Source: a virus | Lineage: Duplodnaviria; Caudoviricetes | Length of the DNA: 48,016 nt | Direction: 5' to 3' (one strand) | IMG/VR virus record: IMGVR_UViG_3300033416_000010 | Coordinates: 1 to 48,016 of that record | Shown: one piece after another, positions 26,446 through 35,023 of the stretch | Layout: each line of letters opens with the position of its first letter | Position numbering within the stretch: the stretch's first letter is position 1 | The notes under the pieces: model-generated | Told to the model about the DNA's origin: nothing | The model's input: the letters and a program-made list of their open reading frames with translations, nothing else | Database searches by the model: none | Position numbers and translations under genes: made by a program

Positions 26446-26704
26446 CTGCCATGGACAGCACGCGCTGTTCTACTACATCGACGACGATGGCACGCGCCGG
26501 CTCAGCTACTACTGCGACAAGGTGCTGGTCTTGGGCAGCGCCGCCTGCGAGCCGGTCTCCAAGCTGGCCACGAGACGATTCGATGTGGAGATGGAGGAGG
26601 GGCTTCCAATTCCGGAGATCTGGAGCCCGGCCTGGACGCGATTGAAGAAGGCGGAGAGACAGTACCAGATGGTGATGATGAAGACACAACCGGAGGACAC
26701 ATGA
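26423..26704 (+). CDS. Hypothetical Cys-containing protein
   Basis: MNLHPCHNC; coupled to the next gene. Confidence 0.6.
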   Translation: MNLHPCHNCHGQHALFYYIDDDGTRRLSYYCDKVLVLGSAACEPVSKLATRRFDVEMEEGLPIPEIWSPAWTRLKKAERQYQMVMMKTQPEDT

Positions 26705-26991
26705 ACGAACCCCTTCCCACCGAGATCCCCATGTCCGAGGCTTTTGCCCAAATCCCGACGATCGATGAGCAGTCGCGCGCGCTGGACCGGAAGATCGGAG
26801 TCCTGGTCAATGAAGTCTACCTGCTGGAAGATGAGATCCTGCGCATCAACCGGAGGATAGCCACCCGCAATCGCAAGATCCATGAGCTGGCCCGGAGGCG
26901 CACCGAGGTCCTGAATTTTCAACTGCCGTTGTCCGCGGAGGAGAACGGGGCTGAAGAACCAAAAACCAAAACCGACGCAGTTAGTAGCTGA
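26701..26991 (+). CDS. Hypothetical coiled-coil protein
   Basis: Heptad-like LDRKIGVLVNEVYLLEDEILRINRRI. Confidence 0.65.
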   Translation: MNEPLPTEIPMSEAFAQIPTIDEQSRALDRKIGVLVNEVYLLEDEILRINRRIATRNRKIHELARRRTEVLNFQLPLSAEENGAEEPKTKTDAVSS

Positions 26992-26998
26992 TTAGTAT

Positions 26999-27499
26999 AT
27001 GAAACTACGCACCGCCCTCTCACTCACATTCACTTCCGCCCTGTGCCTGGCGCTGATGGGCTGCTCCTGGTTCAAAACCAGTTCGGCCCAGAAGCAAATT
27101 GCCCTGGCTTCCACCATCGCCTATGAGGCCGCCTTCATCGGGGTCAGCCTGGATTTGAAGGCCCATCCCGACCGGCGGGCATCCTACCAGGTGGCGCAGG
27201 GATTTCTGAGCACGTTCATCACCACCAACACCGCCTACGCCGACCTCTCGGTGGCCCTGCAAAAGCTGCCGATCAAGGAACTCCAGGGGGAGAACGGCGC
27301 CATCATCATCTCGGGAATCGTGAGCATCTACGTCCTGGCCAAGGACAGCTTCATCGATGTGGCCAACACGCCGCCCTGGATCGCGGGGGTCGGGGGCGCG
27401 ATCGACCGCGGCATCCGGGACGCGCTGATCCTGGCTCCGGCCACGCTTGACAAGATGTCCACCAAGCGGACCGGATTCGTTGTGCCCAGGAAGCTCTGA
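26999..27499 (+). CDS. Lipoprotein
   Basis: MKLRTALSLTFTSALCLALMG-C lipobox; amphipathic helical body. Confidence 0.75.
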   Translation: MKLRTALSLTFTSALCLALMGCSWFKTSSAQKQIALASTIAYEAAFIGVSLDLKAHPDRRASYQVAQGFLSTFITTNTAYADLSVALQKLPIKELQGENGAIIISGIVSIYVLAKDSFIDVANTPPWIAGVGGAIDRGIRDALILAPATLDKMSTKRTGFVVPRKL

Positions 27500-27763
27500 A
27501 CATCTGCCCCGCCCGGGGCGCGTGCCCGCTGATCCCCCACAGCGGACCTCCCTTCATCGCGCCCCGGGTTTCCTTTTCCCTACCGGCTGGAGGGGTCCGC
27601 GAATTCCAGCCCGAATCCGGGGCCTGTTTGCTCCGGAGGGAGTTCTTTTCGGTAGAGTAAGTCTGCGGCGCGACGCCCAATCGCTAGAGTTCAAGAGCGC
27701 GCCTCGGACGATCCGGGCCGGTGGTCGTCGGTCTGTCTTCCCATTGCCGCCGGTCCGGAAGTT

Positions 27764-28093
27764 TTGAATGACACAACCATGAGATCAATCGAGATATTCC
27801 CCGTGATGAATGGATGGATGGTGAAATGCGGCTGCCAGTGCCTGGCCTACACGGATGCCCAGAAACTACGGATCGACTTCGGGGCCTGGCTGGACGATCC
27901 AGAGAAGGCTGAGAGCGAAATCCAGGCGCGGGAAGACCGATTCCACCAGTTCAAGAAGAAGGGCTTGGCAGGTGATGACCGAGTGATCAGAAACCCGGAT
28001 TGCGGAACGCCACAAGCATGTTGCGATCAGGAGCGGGCGCCAACGCCTTGTGAGCCCATCACCAACCAGCTCTACAATACCCTTCGCCGCTGA
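27764..28093 (+). CDS. Hypothetical protein
   Basis: IEIFPVMNGWMVKCGCQ; TTG start or the next ATG. Confidence 0.65.
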   Translation: MNDTTMRSIEIFPVMNGWMVKCGCQCLAYTDAQKLRIDFGAWLDDPEKAESEIQAREDRFHQFKKKGLAGDDRVIRNPDCGTPQACCDQERAPTPCEPITNQLYNTLRR

Positions 28094-28095
28094 GC

Positions 28096-28326
28096 ATGGA
28101 CTGCATCTTGAAAGTCCCCAAGCCGGAAGGCTGGCCGGCCAGCATGAGTGAAGCCTGCTGCTGCACTTGTGCGCGCCGCCTTCCGGCCTTCATGCCCGCG
28201 TCCCGGCCCGGCCCCTCGGAGCAGTCGGAGGATCAGGCCATGGGCCATGTCTGCGTGAAGCCGGGGCGGGTGACACTGTTCTGGCCGGAGCACGGGATCT
28301 GCGAGCAGTGGAGGAGGAGGGAATGA
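28096..28326 (+). CDS. Small Cys-rich hypothetical protein
   Basis: CCCTC...C...HGICEQW; coupled on both sides. Confidence 0.6.
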   Translation: MDCILKVPKPEGWPASMSEACCCTCARRLPAFMPASRPGPSEQSEDQAMGHVCVKPGRVTLFWPEHGICEQWRRRE

Positions 28327-28454
28327 GAAACATCCTCTCCGCGATCGTAATGATTGGATGCGCCTGCTTTTTACTGGCCCTGCTTCCCCTCTGGTGGATC
28401 GTTGAGTGGTGCGCCTCCCTCTACGCCAGGGCCTACGAACAAAAATTCCGATGA
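28323..28454 (+). CDS. 43-aa membrane peptide
   Basis: MRNILSAIVMIGCACFLLALLPLWWIV; ATGA overlaps at both ends. Confidence 0.55.
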   Translation: MRNILSAIVMIGCACFLLALLPLWWIVEWCASLYARAYEQKFR

Positions 28455-29068
28455 ATGCTTCATTAGGTAAATTATATCCTACGATTAAGAATGTTGGGCA
28501 AGTGCTGTTGGATCCATTCATGAGGATGGGACTGGATGTCAACAAACTCATCGGATTCGTGACGGAGGTGCCGCGAAAATGGCATCGGCCATTCGACCGG
28601 CTGGATCTGCGCGGCGTCGGTGCGGAGATTGGGGTCTACCGCGGGATGCACGCCAAGCACATGCTGCGGCTGCATCCGAACATCAGCACGCTCTGGCTGG
28701 TGGACGCGTATCAGCCCTACAGCGTCGAGGGAGGCTTGTGCCCGGATCTTCCGGGGGCCAGGGACGTGGCGCACCGGGTCATGCAGAAGCATCGTCGGCG
28801 CGTGCGCTGGCTGGAAGTGGGATCGCCTGAATGCGCGGCGATCCTGCCCGACCTGGACTTCTGCTACATCGATGCGGACCACAGCTACCAGTCGATGGCG
28901 ACGGACCTGGAGGCGATGTGGCCGAAGGTGAAGCCCGGGGGAATCTTCGGGGGCCACGATTTCGTCTACACGTTTCCCGGCCTGAACAAGGCGGTGGTCG
29001 AGTTCGTGGTCCGAAACAATCTGGATCTCAAGGTGGATTCTCCGGACTGGTGGGTGATCAAGCCATGA
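28451..29068 (+). CDS. Class I SAM-dependent methyltransferase (Methyltransf_24-like)
   Basis: GAEIGVYRG, LWLVDAY, DFCYIDADHSY and KVKPGGIFGGHDF. Confidence 0.88.
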   Translation: MNASLGKLYPTIKNVGQVLLDPFMRMGLDVNKLIGFVTEVPRKWHRPFDRLDLRGVGAEIGVYRGMHAKHMLRLHPNISTLWLVDAYQPYSVEGGLCPDLPGARDVAHRVMQKHRRRVRWLEVGSPECAAILPDLDFCYIDADHSYQSMATDLEAMWPKVKPGGIFGGHDFVYTFPGLNKAVVEFVVRNNLDLKVDSPDWWVIKP

Positions 29069-30528
29069 ATGTCCTCCTGATCCATCCCTACTATGTAGGC
29101 CGGTCTCCGGAGCGGGCTCGGGGCACGGAGCCGATGGGTTTGCTGCATGTCGGAACCACGCTCAAGCGGAAGATGCCGGAGGCGCGTGTAACCATACTGG
29201 ACGCGTTCAATCTCGGACCGGACCACGCCTATCGGGTGGATCGCGGATTCCGAACCGGCATGCTGGATCCGGAGATTGAGGCGCGCGTCGAATCCGAGAA
29301 GCCGGATGTCGTCGGGATCTCAATGAACTACACCTTCGGAGCAGAGAACAGTCTGGCCTGCGCGAAGCTGGTGAGAAAGATCCGACCGCAATGCCGGATC
29401 GTCGTCGGAGGCAATCACGCGACCATGGCGGCAGAGGAACTCAGGGACCATCCACTGGTTGACGCCGTGGTTCGAGGCGAAGGAGAGGCAACCTTTGTGG
29501 ATGTGGTGAGACGCTTCGCGGAGAATCAGACGCTGGAGGGCTGCCTGGGAGTGAACGGAAACCCGGATCGACCGCCCATCCGTGACCTGGACTGGATCCC
29601 CATACCGGACAGAAATCTGCTCCCGCATTACCGGGATCTCATTTCCTACCCGTTCTACTTCCACACGATGCAGCACCCGGTCGGAAGCGTCTTCAGCAGC
29701 CGGGGTTGCTGTTTCCGATGCACCTTCTGCACCATTCATCGACAATGGGGGAATTCCTGGAGGGGAGACAGCGTGGGCAAAATGGTTCGGGAATGCCTCT
29801 ACCTTCGGGATGAGTTCGGGGTGCGCGAGATTTGCTTCCAGGACGACCAGCTTCTCGGGGATCGCAACCGGTTGAAGGAATTCTGCCGAATGATTACCGG
29901 GTCCGGCCTGACCTTCCTGGCCCCCAACGGAACATCGCCCTCCCTCTACGACGAGGAGCTGCTTCATCTCATGCGGCTCTGCGGATTTTACCGGCTCTGT
30001 CTGTCAATCGATGTCGCCAGTCCCGCAGCAGTCCGGCAGAGCCGAAAGCCGGTCAAGCTGTCCCGGATGCGGACGATCGTGCGCCACGCCAACCGCATGG
30101 GTTTCTGGACCTACGCCACCATCCTGATTGGATTTCCCGATGAAACCAAGCAGCAGATCCGGGAGGCCATCCGCTGGGCGTGGAATCTGAAGCTGGACAC
30201 CTTGCGCTTTTTCATTCCCCAGCCGCTTTGGGGCTCCGAGCTGTTCCTCCAGATGCAGAAGGAGGGCCGGGTCACGGACAGGACCATGCGCGAGCTTCCC
30301 ACTGGATTCATCGGCGCGGTGCATGACACGGACCACGCCACCCGGGAAGAGCTGAATGCGCTCAGGGACCACGCGGAACTGGGGTATGCCCGGGCGCATT
30401 TGCTCCATTTCCTACAGCCTTCCTACTGGCTGGAGCTGCTGCCCAAGTTTTGGGGCTGGCGCCGGTTCTGGTACGGGGTCCGGCTGATCTTGAAGTCGCA
30501 TCGCATTCACATCCGATTCAAGCCATGA
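29065..30528 (+). CDS. Cobalamin-binding radical SAM enzyme
   Basis: True start MNVLLIHP (ATGA overlap). B12 domain PMGLLHVG...PDVVGIS...VVGGNHAT...GEGE; SRGCCFRCTFC (CxxxCxxC); FQDD; LIGFPDET; PLWGSELF. Confidence 0.92.
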   Translation: MNVLLIHPYYVGRSPERARGTEPMGLLHVGTTLKRKMPEARVTILDAFNLGPDHAYRVDRGFRTGMLDPEIEARVESEKPDVVGISMNYTFGAENSLACAKLVRKIRPQCRIVVGGNHATMAAEELRDHPLVDAVVRGEGEATFVDVVRRFAENQTLEGCLGVNGNPDRPPIRDLDWIPIPDRNLLPHYRDLISYPFYFHTMQHPVGSVFSSRGCCFRCTFCTIHRQWGNSWRGDSVGKMVRECLYLRDEFGVREICFQDDQLLGDRNRLKEFCRMITGSGLTFLAPNGTSPSLYDEELLHLMRLCGFYRLCLSIDVASPAAVRQSRKPVKLSRMRTIVRHANRMGFWTYATILIGFPDETKQQIREAIRWAWNLKLDTLRFFIPQPLWGSELFLQMQKEGRVTDRTMRELPTGFIGAVHDTDHATREELNALRDHAELGYARAHLLHFLQPSYWLELLPKFWGWRRFWYGVRLILKSHRIHIRFKP

Positions 30529-30839
30529 CCTCCCAATCTCGCCTTGAACAATGGCTGGCAGTCGCCTCGGAGCAGATGGATGAGGTGGATGAGTTCACCT
30601 TCGATGTCTTCGTAGAGGGGCTGATCGGAGTCAAGCTGTTCGACAGCGGCTGGGCGCCCTGGGGGCCTGATCGATGGAAGAAGCAGCTCTGGGCCAGGAC
30701 GGCCTCCAACCTGGACGGGGAACCGGTGGCCATGAGGATTACGGTGGAGAGACGCGCTCCCCCTGAGGGGGTCCGAGATGAGGTCGCGCGCTTTTTCCCG
30801 GTCGAGGTCAGCCACTTCATCCGGAGGGAGAACGCATGA
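30525..30839 (+). CDS. Hypothetical protein
   Basis: From MTSQSRL; ATGA coupling. Confidence 0.65.
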   Translation: MTSQSRLEQWLAVASEQMDEVDEFTFDVFVEGLIGVKLFDSGWAPWGPDRWKKQLWARTASNLDGEPVAMRITVERRAPPEGVRDEVARFFPVEVSHFIRRENA

Positions 30840-31132
30840 ACCCGCAGGAGCACCAGGGCGAGAGGGAGGAGATGGTCCGGCAATTCGGATTCTTCCAGTA
30901 CCAGCGATGGGAGGCCGTGGAGCCGTTTGTCTTCGATGTCTACATCGCGGGGTTTCCGCGGGCCAGAAAATGGTTTACCCCGAAAGTCGAGGGCAATCCC
31001 TGGTCGTGGGACACGGAAGTCTGGATGCTGGTGGAAAGGCCGGACCTGTGCGCGGTGGATGTGGTGGATATTGGCCGGCGGCTGACGGACGGGAACCTGG
31101 TCCGGTGCTATGTGAAGAGGAGGAAGTCATGA
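30836..31132 (+). CDS. Hypothetical protein
   Basis: 98 aa; ATGA coupling. Confidence 0.65.
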   Translation: MNPQEHQGEREEMVRQFGFFQYQRWEAVEPFVFDVYIAGFPRARKWFTPKVEGNPWSWDTEVWMLVERPDLCAVDVVDIGRRLTDGNLVRCYVKRRKS

Positions 31133-31575
31133 CCGAGGTGCGCGCATTCCGACCGTGCCGGATCTGCAACCGGCCCAATGTCTGGGGTCCCAAAAAGTCC
31201 ACCTGGATTCTGGGTCAGGTGATCCTGCGTGACGGGCGCCACTCCTTCTGCTGGAAGTGCGAGTTCTGCCAGCACCTTTTTCCGGATGGATCCGCCTTGT
31301 GGATTGCGCGCTCCAAAATCCTGACGCGGGTGGCGGACCCGGAAAAAGAACTTCCCGTATTCAAGGATTACCTGACTGAGGACGGTCGCGTCTGCGAGGT
31401 GTGCGGGAAGAAAGGGGCACAGGAGCATCATTGGGCTCCGCGACATCTCTTCGGCAACAAAGCCTGGGACTGGCCGACGGGATTTCTCTGTGCGGAATGC
31501 CACAGGAGATGGCACGATGTCGTCACTCCGAACATGTCTCGAAAGGAAAAGGGCAATGGCAATCTCGGCGATTGA
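31129..31575 (+). CDS. Zn-ribbon + HNH-like protein
   Basis: CRIC...CEFC, then CEVCG...EHHWAPR...LCAECHRRWH. Confidence 0.7.
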   Translation: MTEVRAFRPCRICNRPNVWGPKKSTWILGQVILRDGRHSFCWKCEFCQHLFPDGSALWIARSKILTRVADPEKELPVFKDYLTEDGRVCEVCGKKGAQEHHWAPRHLFGNKAWDWPTGFLCAECHRRWHDVVTPNMSRKEKGNGNLGD

Positions 31576-33751
31576 GCGCGCGCGGGCTTACGTGGACAAG
31601 ATCCCCGGGGCGGTCTCGGGGTCGGGCGGGCACAATCAAACCTACGTGGTGGCCTGCGCCCTGGTCCACGGCTTCGCGCTGGGGGAGGCGGACGCCTTCA
31701 CGCTCATCTCCGAATACAACACCCGCTGCCAGCCGCCCTGGTCGGAGAAGGAGCTGCGGCACAAACTGGTGTCCGCGGCCAGCTCCACCCACGACAAGCC
31801 GATCGGCCACCTGCTGCGGGAAGGCGGCAACGGCGGACCTCCGGCCTACGGAGTGAGGGCCGCCCCAGGATCCGCGCGCGCAAGCCACACATCCTCCCAC
31901 ACCTCTTCCCCGGCCTGGGAGCATGGTCTGGAAGGCACTTCTGTCTCCTCCACTTCTTCCGCGGCGCCCGCATCATCCGAATCCGCTCCCGAACGCGAAT
32001 GTTTTGCAAAACTGGACCGCCAGAAATGGGAGCCGTTGCCGGAGCCCTTCGACAATGCCGTCGCCTGCTCCAAGTTCATCCAGTCCGTCTTCCTGCCGGG
32101 AGAACACGTCGGCATCGCGCGCGCGATCGTAAATCCCAAAGACCCAACTCGCCTGATACCGGAGCCGCCCGCGAAGACCACGCACTCCAGAGAAGATCTC
32201 CTAACCCGGTTGGAAAAAGAAAACGGCTGCCCGGATTATCTCCAGACGCGGGAGCCGGCCACCATTCATGGCCTCTACGTCCGGGTCAACCCGATGAAAT
32301 CCGGCTGCGGATCCGATGCCGATGTCACATCCTTCCGCCATCTCCTGGTGGAATTTGATGAGGGAACCCTGGAGGAACAATGGAACCTCATCCGCCAATC
32401 CCATCTGCCCTGCGCCGCGGTCCTCTACTCCGGAAAACGCTCGCTCCACGCCTGGGTCCGGGTGGACGCATCCAACGCCGACGAGTACCGCTCCCGCCAG
32501 GAGGAAGTCTACCGATTTTTCTCGGGGCGCAACGAACTTGATCCCAAAAACAAGAACTCCTCCAGGTTCTCCCGCCTTCCCGGCGCCCATCGGCAAGGCC
32601 AGGAGCAGCGCCTCTACGCCCTGGCCATCGGGGAAGCCTCCTTTTCCGAATGGAAAGTCTGGAGGCAGAATCAATCCCTCGGCCAGCACATCACCATCCG
32701 GGAGCTGATCCAGTTCGATCCGGAAAACGATCCAAACCAGCTCCTGGGCCGGCGAAGATGGTTATGCAGGGGCGGCTGCTGCGTCTGGGTCGGCGCCTCC
32801 GGCATAGGCAAGTCATCCATCGCCATGCAGGCCGCCTGCTTCTGGGCTCTGATGATGGAATTTTTCGGAGTTCCGGCCAGGAAATTCATCCGCTCTCTGT
32901 TCATCCAGGCGGAGAACGACTTGGGAGACCTGGCCGACATGGTAAAGGGCGTTGTCTGGGGCATGAAGATCCCATCCAATGAAGTAAAGGATAAAATTGA
33001 TCATCTACAACGAAACATCATCATCGTCCGCAACCAGGTCGCAACCGGCGTGGAATTCGCAAAAGTGGCCGGAAAATTGATCGATGCCCACAAGCCGGAT
33101 TTGGTCTGGGTAGACCCGCTTTTAGCCTTCTTTGGAGAGGATATTTCCAACCAGAAGGAATGCTCCTCCTTCCTGCGCCACCATCTGAATCCCATCTCGG
33201 AAGCAACGGGAATTGTCTGGATGCCGTTGCACCACACCACCAAGCCGCCGGCAGATGCCAAAGCCAGGTCCCACTGGACGGCCACTGACTACTCCTATTT
33301 CGGCACCGGATCCGCGGAACTTACAAACTGGGCAAGGGCGTACGTTGTTTTGAGACAAATCACCGACCACGGCTTCAAATTGATGTTCACCAAGCGCGGG
33401 GAAAGAGCCGGCGCCCTCGATCTCCAGCGAGAGGCAACTTCTGATGTCTGGGTGAAGCATTCCGAGGAGGGAATTTTCTGGGAACAGACCGACGAGGAGG
33501 CCGTGATGGGTGAAGTTTCACAGGAAAATCTCGCCTCAAACTCCATGGCAGACAATATCCTTCAATTGCTTAGAGCCAAAGATCTTACAACGTCAGAATG
33601 GCAGAAAAGGACTTTCGTTGAGCTTGGCGTGTCCCGAACAATTTTCCATCGAATCAAGGAAAAGCTCAATTCAGAGGGGAAAGTCTGGCGCGGGGCTACG
33701 GAGAAGTGGACGGCTGTTCTGGATCGTCAGGGCCATGAGTTGGATAGCTGA
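31556..33751 (+). CDS. Primase-helicase: PriCT-like N-terminus, RepB-type primase, AAA_25/RepA-like helicase, C-terminal HTH
   Basis: YNTRCQPPWSEKEL (PriCT-like); YVRVNP, LVEFDE, YSGKRSLHAW and SRLPG (primase); WVGASGIGKS, IQAEND, VWVDPL, LHHTTK and GSAELTNWAR (helicase). Confidence 0.85.
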   Translation: MAISAIERARAYVDKIPGAVSGSGGHNQTYVVACALVHGFALGEADAFTLISEYNTRCQPPWSEKELRHKLVSAASSTHDKPIGHLLREGGNGGPPAYGVRAAPGSARASHTSSHTSSPAWEHGLEGTSVSSTSSAAPASSESAPERECFAKLDRQKWEPLPEPFDNAVACSKFIQSVFLPGEHVGIARAIVNPKDPTRLIPEPPAKTTHSREDLLTRLEKENGCPDYLQTREPATIHGLYVRVNPMKSGCGSDADVTSFRHLLVEFDEGTLEEQWNLIRQSHLPCAAVLYSGKRSLHAWVRVDASNADEYRSRQEEVYRFFSGRNELDPKNKNSSRFSRLPGAHRQGQEQRLYALAIGEASFSEWKVWRQNQSLGQHITIRELIQFDPENDPNQLLGRRRWLCRGGCCVWVGASGIGKSSIAMQAACFWALMMEFFGVPARKFIRSLFIQAENDLGDLADMVKGVVWGMKIPSNEVKDKIDHLQRNIIIVRNQVATGVEFAKVAGKLIDAHKPDLVWVDPLLAFFGEDISNQKECSSFLRHHLNPISEATGIVWMPLHHTTKPPADAKARSHWTATDYSYFGTGSAELTNWARAYVVLRQITDHGFKLMFTKRGERAGALDLQREATSDVWVKHSEEGIFWEQTDEEAVMGEVSQENLASNSMADNILQLLRAKDLTTSEWQKRTFVELGVSRTIFHRIKEKLNSEGKVWRGATEKWTAVLDRQGHELDS

Positions 33752-34253
33752 TTTTTCCCTGCTCCTGCTTCGCTTTTCTAGCCGAAGCCTGCTTCTCTCT
33801 CAGTTCCTTCTCGTATCGATAGTAAGACGACCGACTGATGTTCAATTTCTGACAGGTCCTGGACACCTCTTCTCTCAACCATTCCCTGGGGCGGATATTC
33901 AGTCTGTCCAGAACAGAATCCACTTCGTCCTGAGCCTTTTCAAAGTCCTCCAGACTGATTCGCTTTGCTCTGGGAGCCGGCTGTCCAGGAGCTGTTGGTC
34001 CGGGTTTTCGGGAGGGAATCAGCTTCTCGTCCTTCACACCTTCCCAGAGTTTGGATTCCTCGTTGAACACAATCAGACCGCGCCATCGAACCGACTCAAA
34101 CAACCAGGAAAGACAGTCCGGCTGTTGGATCAGCCATTGCGTCACCTGACTTTGGGAGATGTCGAATGGTTGCTCCCTGTCCGGCCAGTGCGAGAGCGCC
34201 GGCATGTTCAAAACCACTTTCAGGGTTTGCGGGATTTGTCTCATATTCTTCAT
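33696..34253 (-). CDS. Putative DNA-binding protein with C-terminal HTH
   Basis: Start MKNMRQ lies 9 nt after a consensus promoter; CQKLNISRSSYYRY. Convergent overlap with the primase gene. Confidence 0.65.
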   Translation of the reverse strand: MKNMRQIPQTLKVVLNMPALSHWPDREQPFDISQSQVTQWLIQQPDCLSWLFESVRWRGLIVFNEESKLWEGVKDEKLIPSRKPGPTAPGQPAPRAKRISLEDFEKAQDEVDSVLDRLNIRPREWLREEVSRTCQKLNISRSSYYRYEKELREKQASARKAKQEQGKISYPTHGPDDPEQPSTSP

Positions 34254-34556
34254 ATCGAGACCAGAATACCACGAGTGAGACACGGTGTCAATAGACGATT
34301 TTCTTCCGGGCGTCCATGTTCACTGAGACATAGGCTGAGACCGGCGGGGTATACCCTTCTGGGTAATACCCCGGCCTCTGAGACCGGACTCAGAGCCGTT
34401 CTCAGTCTATTTCTCAGGGAACACTTAACGCCAAGCGCGCTGAGATTTGGGATTTCTCAGAAAACCAATAATTTGTCCAATCTCATGTATACTATGCAGA
34501 CTAAAATTGTGAGATTTGAGAAAAAATCAGGCTCAGTCTCATCCGTTCGGTCTCAG
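34238..34556. repeat. TGAGA(C) repeat field with hairpins; probable replication origin or operator array
   Basis: Seven TGAGA and seven TCTCA cores in about 320 bp. Hairpins GGGGTATACCC-TTCT-GGGTAATACCCC (34346-34372) and CTCTGAG-N6-CTCAGAG. Next to the primase-helicase. Confidence 0.7.
34263..34291 (-). promoter_or_regulatory. Strong sigma70-type promoter
   Basis: TTGACA-N17-TATTCT with extended TGn, 9 nt before ATG 34253. Confidence 0.75.
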
Positions 34557-34561
34557 AAACC

Positions 34562-34810
34562 ATGAAAAACGACCAACTTCCCCTCCAAACCGATCCGGTG
34601 GCTGGCGATGGACGACTTTTGGGACCAACCGAGGTCGAAATCCGGTTCAGGGACTTCGCGGTGGAGATGGAACGACTGGTTTCCGCGGGAATTCGGCCCT
34701 CATGGTGGGAACCTGTGTGGAAAAAGGGCGTTTTTCGGGTCGGTTTGATCTATCCGATGGAAAAAGAGCAGAAATTCGAGCAAATTGAGATGAAAATGCC
34801 TGAAAACTGA
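34562..34810 (+). CDS. Hypothetical protein
   Basis: 82 aa ORF directly upstream of the next gene. Confidence 0.45.
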   Translation: MKNDQLPLQTDPVAGDGRLLGPTEVEIRFRDFAVEMERLVSAGIRPSWWEPVWKKGVFRVGLIYPMEKEQKFEQIEMKMPEN

Positions 34811-34816
34811 GGATTT

Positions 34817-35023
34817 ATGACCATAGAAAGCATCAAAAAATCACCCCGACACGCCGGCAGAAGGCATCTTATCAACCACATACACGGAAAACGCCTCACG
34901 CAGCGCCAGTGCATCCAGGCCAAGTGCTACGAGTGCATGAACGGCTACCGAGACGGCGCCGTGGACTGCCGAATTCCTGATTGCCCCCTCTATCCGCTCA
35001 TGCCCTACCGTTCCAAAACGTGA
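34817..35023 (+). CDS. Small Cys4 metal-binding phage protein
   Basis: IQAKCYEC...DCRIPDCPLYP pattern; GAGG upstream. Confidence 0.7.
   Translation: MTIESIKKSPRHAGRRHLINHIHGKRLTQRQCIQAKCYECMNGYRDGAVDCRIPDCPLYPLMPYRSKT

Noticed and set aside
28831-29064. N-terminal extension of the radical SAM ORF in the track
   Set aside because: Overlaps the methyltransferase; the ATGA-coupled start at 29065 gives the typical family N-terminus.
33510-34565. 351-aa plus-strand ORF
   Set aside because: Overlaps the primase end, a promoter-supported minus gene and the repeat field; composition not protein-like.
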